From: Sulfurimonadaceae bacterium
Lineage (GTDB): Bacteria > Campylobacterota > Campylobacteria > Campylobacterales > Sulfurimonadaceae
Length of the DNA: 12,066 nucleotides
Direction of reading: 5' to 3'
NCBI GenBank assembly: GCA_041548245.1
Contig: JBFESZ010000066.1
Coordinates: 1 to 12,066 of the forward strand
The notes below the pieces were generated by a model that saw only the letters and a list, made by a program, of their open reading frames with translations, made no database searches and was not told where the DNA came from. Positions 1 to 7,366 of this stretch are shown here, piece after piece (the stretch's first letter is position 1; the number at the start of each line of letters is the position of its first letter). The position numbers and the translations under genes are program-made.

Positions 1-20
1 ACTTCTACTTGGCCATGCAT
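1..20 (-). CDS. Probable 5' end of a divergently transcribed gene running off the left edge (MHGQVE...), product unknown
   Basis: The minus strand reads AAGGGG (32..27), a 6-nt spacer, ATG (20..18), then CAT GGC CAA GTA GAA with the frame open to the window edge. An extended -10 lies just upstream. Only 6 codons are visible. Confidence 0.45.
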
Positions 21-45
21 CACAGACCCCTTCTGCTTTTTTTAT

Positions 46-54
46 AGTGTAGCA
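46..54 (-). promoter_or_regulatory. Putative extended -10 promoter (TGcTACACT) for the leftward gene
   Basis: The reverse complement of 46..54 is TGCTACACT, matching TGn-TAnnnT. It lies 13 nt upstream of the SD-like AAGGGG. Confidence 0.45.
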
Positions 55-162
55 AAATTTATGTGATTCCTTTTGAAAAAAGGCAATTCTTGTTTCATAT
101 TGTAATCAAATGAACTATCCATCAAAGAAAAAGAGTAGTACTAATTCAATTATGTATTGTTT

Positions 163-171
163 TGTTATATT
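163..171 (+). promoter_or_regulatory. Putative extended -10 promoter (TGtTATATT) for the 11-gene operon
   Basis: TGTTATATT at 163..171 is a TGn plus 5/6 match to TATAAT. It sits in an AT-rich region about 80 nt before the first start codon, with no convincing -35. Confidence 0.45.
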
Positions 172-249
172 TTGGTTCATAGTACATAGACAGAGATCGA
201 TAGTATTTGACTCAGTACCTTAATAACTGAACAAAAGAGAGATAATACA

Positions 250-1200
250 GTGTCGGTAGTGACAGAGAACAGACAAACACCAGAATATCCCATCCCGGCA
301 AAGCGCAATATTGCCATTTTTTTCGCCTCATTAGGTATAGGCTGGTATCTGTTATGGACAGCCTCACATGCAACACTTCTTCCTATGGTTCTTGCCGCTT
401 TCGCTTTTGCGTTCATCCATAACACTCTATTTTCACTTATGCATGAAGCTGTTCACTGTGTCTTTTCGAAAAAGCCACTTGTTAACGAGTTTTTTGGCAC
501 GATTCTGGCGATCGCCTTTCCCACTTCTTTCACAATGCAGAGGGTAGCTCACCTGGGTCACCATAAACGCAATCGTACAGATAAAGATCTGTATGATTAT
601 TATCTTCCCGGTCAATCCAAAAAGTTACGAGACTTTTGGATGTATACAGGGAATCTTTTTGGTCTTTATTGGTTCTGCATACCTCTGAGCAATTTGATTA
701 TCCTGCTGATGCCTATGGTCTTTACATCAAAATGGTTCCTGCATGGGCCGGCTCGGCTACTCGGTTTTGAACCATACATCGAAGAAGTGACTCAACACTC
801 AATCGTCCGTATCTGGATGGAGACATTGTTTGCCTTACTGTATCAGATCATGCTTTGGTATGTTCTGGACTTGTCCTGGCAGGGATGGTTGCTCTGCCAC
901 TGGTTTTTTGCCTTGCATTGGTCAGCCTTGCAATATGTTGACCATGCATGGAGTCCTAGGGATGTTATAAACGGAGCCTGGGATCTCCGTGTTTTACCGG
1001 TTTCAAGATGGCTAGCACTGAACTATCATTATCATCTTGCTCATCACCGGTATCCTTCGGTCCCATGGGTTTACCTGCCTCAGCTGATCAGAAAAGATGA
1101 TCCCAGCCCAACTTTTTGGTCAATCTACTTTTCCCTTTGGGGCGGAACGAGACCTGCCCCGCCGATGGTCCAATCAAATGAGACGAGAAAAAAGATATGA
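250..1200 (+). CDS. Membrane fatty acid desaturase/hydroxylase family protein (di-iron, His-box)
   Basis: 316 aa with three His boxes: HEAVH (442..456), HLGHH (550..564) and HYHLAHH (1027..1047). It also has YVDHA before box 3, a downstream HHRYPSVPW motif and several hydrophobic segments. The start is GTG at 250, with an alternative in-frame GTG at 259. Confidence 0.9.
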   Translation: MSVVTENRQTPEYPIPAKRNIAIFFASLGIGWYLLWTASHATLLPMVLAAFAFAFIHNTLFSLMHEAVHCVFSKKPLVNEFFGTILAIAFPTSFTMQRVAHLGHHKRNRTDKDLYDYYLPGQSKKLRDFWMYTGNLFGLYWFCIPLSNLIILLMPMVFTSKWFLHGPARLLGFEPYIEEVTQHSIVRIWMETLFALLYQIMLWYVLDLSWQGWLLCHWFFALHWSALQYVDHAWSPRDVINGAWDLRVLPVSRWLALNYHYHLAHHRYPSVPWVYLPQLIRKDDPSPTFWSIYFSLWGGTRPAPPMVQSNETRKKI

Positions 1201-1859
1201 AAAAGGCACTCGTCAACGTAATGCATATAGATGAAGCGACGAAACAAACGAACTCTGCGAAGGACACATGGAAGGCATACGCTTATTGGGCCTTTTGGGT
1301 CGGGGTCGCTTTTTTCAGTGTCTATCCCACATGCAATTGGTTGACATCTGAACGCACAGAAGTCAATCAGCTTTTTTTTTCTGCTGAATTGAGCATGCCT
1401 TTTATCCCATGGTTTTATTGGTTTTATATCTCTTTATATCTTCTGTTTTTTCTCCCTCCGTTTTTTCTTGATGTCCCTCGTCTACGGATATTGGGAAAGC
1501 GCATTATCATGGCGACCATCATTAGCGGGATAATATTTATTCTTTTGCCCACCGGTCTTGGATTTGAGAGGATAGCACCTGAAGGTTTCTATGGGCAGTT
1601 GTTTGATACACTGTTTAGCCTCGATTTGCCGCACAATATGACACCGTCTTTACATGTAGTCTATAGCGCATTGATACTGTTTGCCGTGATAGAGTCATCT
1701 AAAAACAGATCAATGCAAGGATTGGCTCTGATCTGGTTGGTCAGTATTAGTATTTCAACATTACTGGTGCATCAGCATCATCTTATTGATATCATTGCGG
1801 CATTGGCCTTAGTCTGGCTTGTGTCAAAAATCTTAATAAAAGGAAAAACAGATGTATAA
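1197..1859 (+). CDS. PAP2-superfamily integral membrane phosphatase/phosphotransferase
   Basis: 220 aa with about 5-6 TM segments. It carries the C2-type motif N-x-x-PSLH (HNMTPSLHV) and the C3-type motif H-x-x-x-D (HQHHLID). ATGA overlap with the upstream stop. Confidence 0.8.
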   Translation: MKKALVNVMHIDEATKQTNSAKDTWKAYAYWAFWVGVAFFSVYPTCNWLTSERTEVNQLFFSAELSMPFIPWFYWFYISLYLLFFLPPFFLDVPRLRILGKRIIMATIISGIIFILLPTGLGFERIAPEGFYGQLFDTLFSLDLPHNMTPSLHVVYSALILFAVIESSKNRSMQGLALIWLVSISISTLLVHQHHLIDIIAALALVWLVSKILIKGKTDV

Positions 1860-2448
1860 AACCTTACTTTTTTGTATTTTGCTATGTATGGGAGGTTCTT
1901 TGCATGCAGAAGATGAGACTCTCATCCATCAGCAGTTGCGTTCAGTCTTAACTGGAATCGAGGATGCGATCAACGAACAGAAATACGATGAACTATCGCA
2001 ATTCTTTCATAAAGACCTTCGTGTAACGACGATCAATCAGGAAATCATCTCATCATCTGATGAGATCGGTGAATATTTTCACCGTTGGTTTGGTCCGAAA
2101 GGGTACTTAAAAACCCTGCAGATCAAGCTCGAACCGGATGCTTTAACTGAGTTTTACGGAAACAACAGCTTTGGAATCGTGCGGGGACATGGAGATGAAA
2201 GATACATCTTGGCAGATGGACGCAGCTTCGATATGAAGACACGCTGGACGGCAACTGTAATCAAAGAGAGTCAAGGGAAGTGGAGCATTCTCTCTTTGCA
2301 TATCGGAACAGACTTTTTAGACAACCCTCTTTTGCATGTGGCTGAGAAGTCGGCGATCTATTTGGCCGGTGCAGGCGTATTGGTCGGATTGCTCTTGGGA
2401 CTGATCATAGCGTTTTTATGGCGTAAAAGAGCTTATTCCAAACAATGA
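1852..2448 (+). CDS. NTF2/SnoaL-like (DUF4440-type) protein with N-terminal signal peptide and C-terminal membrane anchor
   Basis: 198 aa. It has a Sec-type leader MYKTLLFCILLCMGGSLHA and an NTF2-like pattern (N-terminal helix, AINEQKYDELSQFF, terminal RWTATVIKESQGKWSILSLH). The C-terminal hydrophobic stretch is followed by RKR. RBS AAGGA at about 1840..1844. Confidence 0.7.
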   Translation: MYKTLLFCILLCMGGSLHAEDETLIHQQLRSVLTGIEDAINEQKYDELSQFFHKDLRVTTINQEIISSSDEIGEYFHRWFGPKGYLKTLQIKLEPDALTEFYGNNSFGIVRGHGDERYILADGRSFDMKTRWTATVIKESQGKWSILSLHIGTDFLDNPLLHVAEKSAIYLAGAGVLVGLLLGLIIAFLWRKRAYSKQ

Positions 2449-3173
2449 AAGACTCCCTTTATACGGTTCTTATCAAACCGATCCATGATCTGAACGAGAG
2501 TGAGGTTGAGGCTATCGTCGAACTCTATCTAGCTTATTATGACGGCAGCAGCCGCGACCGTATCATCGCTGATCTGAAGACAAAGACAGAGATACTCTTA
2601 CTGCATCATGATAGCATCCTTATAGGCTTCAGCAGTTTTGAGTTGTATCAAATCCTGTATGAAGGGAAAATGCGGCAGATCATCTATTCCGGAGACACTG
2701 TAGTGCATCATAAGCATTGGGGGCAACAGGCTCTTTCTTCTGCATGGATACGTTATATTGGAGCATTGCGATCAAAAGTAGGCGAAATGCCTATTTACTG
2801 GTTCTTGATCGTAAAGGGCCACCGTACCTATAAGTTTTTGCCTGCATTTACAAAATCCTTCTTTCCCCATTGGAGCATAGATAGGAGTGACCTTAAACCG
2901 CTTTTGGATATTCTGGCCAAAGAGAAGTTCGAGGACGATTATAATGAGAGCAAAGGCTTATTGGAATTTAAAACATCAAAAGGACATCTTAAAGAGAACA
3001 TTGCCTTGGTCAAAGAGAATGAAAAAGAAAAACCTTCTGTTAATTTTTTTCTCCAGCGCAATCCAAACTACCGTTTAGGACATGAACTGGCTTGTTTATG
3101 TGAGTTTGATGATGAGAACCTGAAGCCTTTTACCAAACGAATCCTTTATAGCAAAAGCGAAAATAGAGAATGA
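2445..3173 (+). CDS. Hypothetical protein, probable GNAT-like acyltransferase fold
   Basis: 242-aa soluble ORF with ATGA overlaps at both ends. LIGFSSF followed by IYSGDTVVHHKHWGQQAL resembles the GNAT beta3/beta4-motif A region. YWFLIVKGHRTYKFL follows. The fold assignment is by eye. Confidence 0.55.
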   Translation: MKDSLYTVLIKPIHDLNESEVEAIVELYLAYYDGSSRDRIIADLKTKTEILLLHHDSILIGFSSFELYQILYEGKMRQIIYSGDTVVHHKHWGQQALSSAWIRYIGALRSKVGEMPIYWFLIVKGHRTYKFLPAFTKSFFPHWSIDRSDLKPLLDILAKEKFEDDYNESKGLLEFKTSKGHLKENIALVKENEKEKPSVNFFLQRNPNYRLGHELACLCEFDDENLKPFTKRILYSKSENRE

Positions 3174-4639
3174 CAGAACAGAAAGAATGGCTCCTGGATT
3201 GCTTACATAGAAATGCCCAAACCGAATACGGTTTGAAATACAACTTTCAGGCGATCAGATCACTCAGCGACTACCGAAAACAGGTACCGCTTACAGGCTA
3301 TGAAGCGCTCCAAGTCTATATTGATGCTATTGCCAAAGGCGATAAGGATATTTTGTTCGCAGGCCTGCCTGTTGCCTTTGAAGTCACAGGAGGCAGTACG
3401 GGAGGGAAAAAACTGATTCCCTACACAAAAGAGAGCTTTACGGACTTTCAAAGGGCTATTTTACCCTGGTTTGTGACGACTATGCAGACCTACGGCCTAA
3501 GCGGAAAAAATGCCTACTGGGCTATCAGCCCGGCATTAAGAGCAGAAGAAACGAGTAAAGGCGGGATTCGCATCGGGGTCAAAGATGAAGAGTATCTGGG
3601 GGAAGCTTTCTCAGCTATCGCAGGATCCTATACTGTCCCTTCTTGGGTAGGCGAGCTAAAAGACATTTCCACATGGCAGCTTTGTACGCTTTACTGGCTG
3701 ATCAAATCCAAAGAACTTGAACTGATCTCAGTCTGGAGCCCAACTTTTTTGTTGATGCTTTTAGAGGCACTGGATGACAAAAAAGAAGAGCTCACAATGC
3801 TCTTTAGCGTAGGTTCAGAAATAGATGGGCATCTGCTTGGATCCGATGGACAGGCCCTTATGCGCTTAAAAAACTACATCAGGATCAGAGACACGGCATC
3901 CCTGTGGCCTGAGCTTAAGTTAATAAGCTGTTGGGCAGATGCTTCATCGAAGCCTTTTTTTGAAACCTTGAAGAGACGTTTTTCCCATGTCCAATTTCAG
4001 GCAAAGGGACTCATCTCAACAGAGAGTGTTGTGACTGTACCGAATCAGACAGGACAGCCTGTTTTGGCCAAACAGAGTGCTTTTTATGAGTTTATAGACG
4101 AAACCGGCATCATAAGCCTGGCTGATGACCTTTGTATAGGACAGAAATATGAAGTCGTAATTACAACAAACGGAGGACTTTATCGTTACAAAACAGGCGA
4201 TATCGTTCTTTGCGAAGAGCTTGGAAAAGAGGCGACGGTATTACGTTTTCAAGGGCGGAAAGGCACAGTATCTGATCTTGTAGGCGAAAAACTCACAGAA
4301 GCATTTGTTTCGACCTCATTGCAAAATGTTGAAGGGTTCTGTATGCTGCTGGCATCTGCCGACCATAAGCCCGGCTATACCTTGCTCCTGGATGCAGATA
4401 TGACGTATGACAGCGAAGAGCTAAGACAAGAAGTCGAGGCTCAGCTGTGCAAAAACCCGCAATACGATTATGCACGAAAGATGGGACAGCTAAAAAGCCT
4501 TGACACCTGTTCAATGAAATATCCGACAAAATTTTATTTGGACTATAGAGCGAGCAAAGGGTCTCGCATGGGAGACATCAAAGTACCTGTTCTGTGCACC
4601 GACAAAGATTTTTATACTATGATCAAAGGAATGCGATAG
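3170..4639 (+). CDS. GH3-family acyl-adenylate-forming amido synthetase (ANL superfamily)
   Basis: 489 aa with GH3 hallmarks: the N-terminal NAQTEYG...VPLTGYE, the P-loop FEVTGGSTGGKKLIPYT (3377..3427), STE (aligning to the GH3 Y-x-x-S-E motif), FYEFI, YEVVITTNGGLYRYKTGDIV, FQGR...GEK and a C-terminal KVP. Confidence 0.88.
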   Translation: MTEQKEWLLDCLHRNAQTEYGLKYNFQAIRSLSDYRKQVPLTGYEALQVYIDAIAKGDKDILFAGLPVAFEVTGGSTGGKKLIPYTKESFTDFQRAILPWFVTTMQTYGLSGKNAYWAISPALRAEETSKGGIRIGVKDEEYLGEAFSAIAGSYTVPSWVGELKDISTWQLCTLYWLIKSKELELISVWSPTFLLMLLEALDDKKEELTMLFSVGSEIDGHLLGSDGQALMRLKNYIRIRDTASLWPELKLISCWADASSKPFFETLKRRFSHVQFQAKGLISTESVVTVPNQTGQPVLAKQSAFYEFIDETGIISLADDLCIGQKYEVVITTNGGLYRYKTGDIVLCEELGKEATVLRFQGRKGTVSDLVGEKLTEAFVSTSLQNVEGFCMLLASADHKPGYTLLLDADMTYDSEELRQEVEAQLCKNPQYDYARKMGQLKSLDTCSMKYPTKFYLDYRASKGSRMGDIKVPVLCTDKDFYTMIKGMR

Positions 4640-6006
4640 TGAAAATTGTTCTGATCTCACCAAAAGGACCACTTTATCGATATAAAGGCGGGATCTTTAA
4701 AAAGTCACTCCGTTATCAACCCCTTACATTGACAACGCTTGCCGCGCTTGTTCCGCAAGAGCTGAATGCAAAGGTTGAGCTTATTGATGAAAGCATACAG
4801 ACTGTACCCGATAACATCGATGCTGACATCATTGGCATGACGGTCATCAGCGGTACGGCAAGCCGTAGTTATGAATTGGCTAAAACGTTTAGAGAACGGG
4901 GTATCTTGGTGGTTCTTGGAGGTCCGCATGTAACACTCTTGCCTGAGGAAGCGAAAGCGCATGCGGATGTCATTATTACCGGCTATGCAGAGCAGACTTG
5001 GCCGCAGTTTTTGCGAGACTTTAAAAATGGCGAAGCACAAGAGATCTATGTGCAAAACAGTGACTTTAGTTTGGAGAACATGCCCTTTCCCAAAAGAGAG
5101 CTCTTTGATAAAAAACATTTTCTTACCCAGGCGGTCTTTGAGGCAACAAGGTCATGTGTCCATAAATGTGAGTTCTGTGTTGCACCTACGGCCTGGGGCA
5201 GTAAACAGTACCAAAAACCCATTGAGTGGGTCATCGAGGACATCAAACGGGTGGGTCAGAAAAAGATTATTTTTGTTGATTTGAACCTTGTCTCGGACAA
5301 GGTCTATGCAAAAGAGTTGTTTAGGCGATTAATCCCCTTAGACCTCCAATGGTTTGGCCTCTCTACAGTTTTAATTGCCAATGATGACGAGATGCTGGAG
5401 CTCATGGCTAGAAGTGGCTGCAAAGGGCTTCTTTTGGGATTGGAAAGCATCTCAGAGGATAACCTGAAAGAGAATAGAAAACAGTTTAACGGGACCGTTG
5501 ATTACCGATCGCTGATCCAAAAACTGCATTCCCTGGGGATCTCTATCCAAGGCTGCTTTGTCTTTGGCCTGGATAATGACACCTTGGACACCTTTGATGA
5601 GACGGCCGAGTTTGTTCTTGAGACAGGGATAGATCTTCCCCGTTTTGCTATTGCCACGCCTTTCCCTTCGACCCCTTTATACCAGCGTCTTTTGGCAGAG
5701 GAGAGAATATTGACAAAAAACTGGGAGCTATATGATGGCCAACATGTCGTGTTTGAACCAAAGCACATGAGTGTTCAAGAGCTGGCTTTAGGACATGAAC
5801 AGGTATGGAAAAAGGTTTACTCTTATGCCGGCATATCCAAAAGATTATGGAAAGCAAAAAACTTTCAACCGCTTGCCTTGAGCTCGAACATCGGATACCG
5901 TTATTACGCGAACAATTTAGACCGTTATTACAATTGCGATTGGCAGATCAAGAGTCTATGGCCAAACCCTATGGAGCACCTCGGTGCCAAGATAAAGACG
6001 AGGTAG
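4639..6006 (+). CDS. Cobalamin-binding-domain radical SAM enzyme (paralog 1)
   Basis: The true start is probably GTG at 4639 (TAGTG overlap with the GH3 stop, RBS AAAGGA at 4625..4630), giving MKIVLISP like the other paralogs, rather than the ORF-track start at 4594. It has a B12-binding domain with GGPHVTLLP and a CxxxCxxC motif CVHKCEFC (5155..5178), plus GLES, FVFGLDND and TPFPSTPLY. Confidence 0.92.
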   Translation: MKIVLISPKGPLYRYKGGIFKKSLRYQPLTLTTLAALVPQELNAKVELIDESIQTVPDNIDADIIGMTVISGTASRSYELAKTFRERGILVVLGGPHVTLLPEEAKAHADVIITGYAEQTWPQFLRDFKNGEAQEIYVQNSDFSLENMPFPKRELFDKKHFLTQAVFEATRSCVHKCEFCVAPTAWGSKQYQKPIEWVIEDIKRVGQKKIIFVDLNLVSDKVYAKELFRRLIPLDLQWFGLSTVLIANDDEMLELMARSGCKGLLLGLESISEDNLKENRKQFNGTVDYRSLIQKLHSLGISIQGCFVFGLDNDTLDTFDETAEFVLETGIDLPRFAIATPFPSTPLYQRLLAEERILTKNWELYDGQHVVFEPKHMSVQELALGHEQVWKKVYSYAGISKRLWKAKNFQPLALSSNIGYRYYANNLDRYYNCDWQIKSLWPNPMEHLGAKIKTR

Positions 6007-6007
6007 T

Positions 6008-7366
6008 ATGCACATCACTATAATCCACCCGGCGATCGGACATAAAAAAAATGAGAAGTATATCCGTTCATGGCAGATGGAACCGCTTCCTGCAGCAGCG
6101 ATATCAGGCTTGACTCCAAAAGATGTAAGCCGGGATTTTTATGACGACAGGATGGAGAAAATCCCTTATGACAGAAAAACCGATGCTGTTGTGATATCGG
6201 TAGAGACCTACACGGCAAAACGTGCTTATCAGATCGCCAGCGAATACAGAAAAAGAGGTGTTCCCGTCATCATGGGAGGCTTTCATGTCACACTTCTTCC
6301 TGATGAAGTCCAAGAGTATGCCGAAGCTATCGTTATCGGTGAAGCAGAAGACATTTGGGCTGAAGTAATAGAAGACCTGAGAAACAAGCGATTAAAAAAA
6401 ACCTATAAAAGTGCGGATCGGCCTTTATTGGATAAGATTTGTCTGGACAGGTCAATATTTGGAAAAAAAAGATATCTGCCCATAGGCTTGGTTGAGACAG
6501 GAAGAGGATGCAAGTATTCATGTGACTTTTGTGCGATACAGTCCTACTTTGAAAGTACACATCGCAATAGACCGATTGATGATATTGTTGAAGAGATCAG
6601 ATCTTTGAAAAAAACGAAGAAAGTCTTTTTCTTTGTTGATGACAACTTCATCGGAAGCATAAAAAAAGCCAAAGAACTTTTACGGGCTCTTATCCCTTTG
6701 AAGATACGCTGGATTACGCAGATGACTATTGACGGTGCCCAAGATGAAGAGCTTTTGTCCCTACTTCAAGAGAGCGGATGCATGGGTGTCCTCATAGGTT
6801 TTGAAAGTCTAAACGAGAAGAACCTTGATCTTATGAATAAAAACTTCAATACGGCCCACGGCGGCTACGAAAAGGCATTGGATAAACTAAGGAAATATAA
6901 TATACGGATCTATGCGACTTTTGTTTTTGGGTATGACCATGACACAAAAGAAGCTTTTGAGGAGGCTGTCAAGTTTGCTATTGATCAAAAGTTTTATATT
7001 GCAGCCTTTAACCATCTGACCCCTTTCCCCGGAACACCTCTTTTTAAACAGATGCAAAAGGACAAAAGGCTGCTATATGAGAAATGGTGGCTAGATGACA
7101 ACTATTTCTATAACGATCTGCCTTTTACACCAAAACAGTTTTCTCCCTCCGAAGTCACTGAACTATGCGTTCAGGCCCGTAGAGACTTCTATTCATTCAG
7201 CAGTATCTTCAAGCGTTTACTCAGCAGAGTAAACAGAAGCAATGCCTTTATGCTACGAAATTTTATTCCTATCAATTATATGCACAGAAAAGATGTAAGC
7301 GGAAGAAATGGCTATCCGCTAGGCGATGAGAGTTACACCGGCGAACTTGTAAAGACAGGGTCATGA
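6008..7366 (+). CDS. Cobalamin-binding-domain radical SAM enzyme (paralog 2)
   Basis: 452 aa with GGFHVTLLP, RGCKYSCDFC (Cys codons within 6509..6532), FVDDN, GFES, FVFGYDHD and TPFPGTPL. Confidence 0.93.
   Translation: MHITIIHPAIGHKKNEKYIRSWQMEPLPAAAISGLTPKDVSRDFYDDRMEKIPYDRKTDAVVISVETYTAKRAYQIASEYRKRGVPVIMGGFHVTLLPDEVQEYAEAIVIGEAEDIWAEVIEDLRNKRLKKTYKSADRPLLDKICLDRSIFGKKRYLPIGLVETGRGCKYSCDFCAIQSYFESTHRNRPIDDIVEEIRSLKKTKKVFFFVDDNFIGSIKKAKELLRALIPLKIRWITQMTIDGAQDEELLSLLQESGCMGVLIGFESLNEKNLDLMNKNFNTAHGGYEKALDKLRKYNIRIYATFVFGYDHDTKEAFEEAVKFAIDQKFYIAAFNHLTPFPGTPLFKQMQKDKRLLYEKWWLDDNYFYNDLPFTPKQFSPSEVTELCVQARRDFYSFSSIFKRLLSRVNRSNAFMLRNFIPINYMHRKDVSGRNGYPLGDESYTGELVKTGS

Noticed and set aside
94-109. 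FNR-like box (TTCAT...ATCAA)
   Set aside because: The half-site spacing is 6 nt rather than the 4 nt of TTGAT-N4-ATCAA, and the left half-site is mismatched.
21-249. Possible RiPP precursor peptide for the radical SAM enzymes
   Set aside because: There is no credible small ORF with an RBS in either intergenic region. I see no SPASM-type Cys motifs or RRE-like extensions in the enzymes and no peptidase or ABC exporter. The accessory genes point to lipid chemistry. A distant precursor cannot be excluded.
172-249. Cobalamin riboswitch in the operon leader
   Set aside because: The leader is short, AT-rich and lacks the B12-box (GCCACTG) and stable stems.
1372-1380. T9 homopolymer in the PAP2 gene (also A8 runs at 6044..6051 and 6463..6470) as phase-variation tracts
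   Set aside because: The frames are intact and the runs encode ordinary Phe or Lys codons. Such A/T runs are common in AT-rich genomes, and there are no long poly-G/C tracts.
4594-4638. ORF-track N-terminal extension of radical SAM paralog 1 (MHRQRFLYYDQRNAI)
   Set aside because: It overlaps the GH3 gene by 46 nt and lacks a good RBS. GTG at 4639 has AAAGGA upstream and gives an N-terminus matching the other paralogs.
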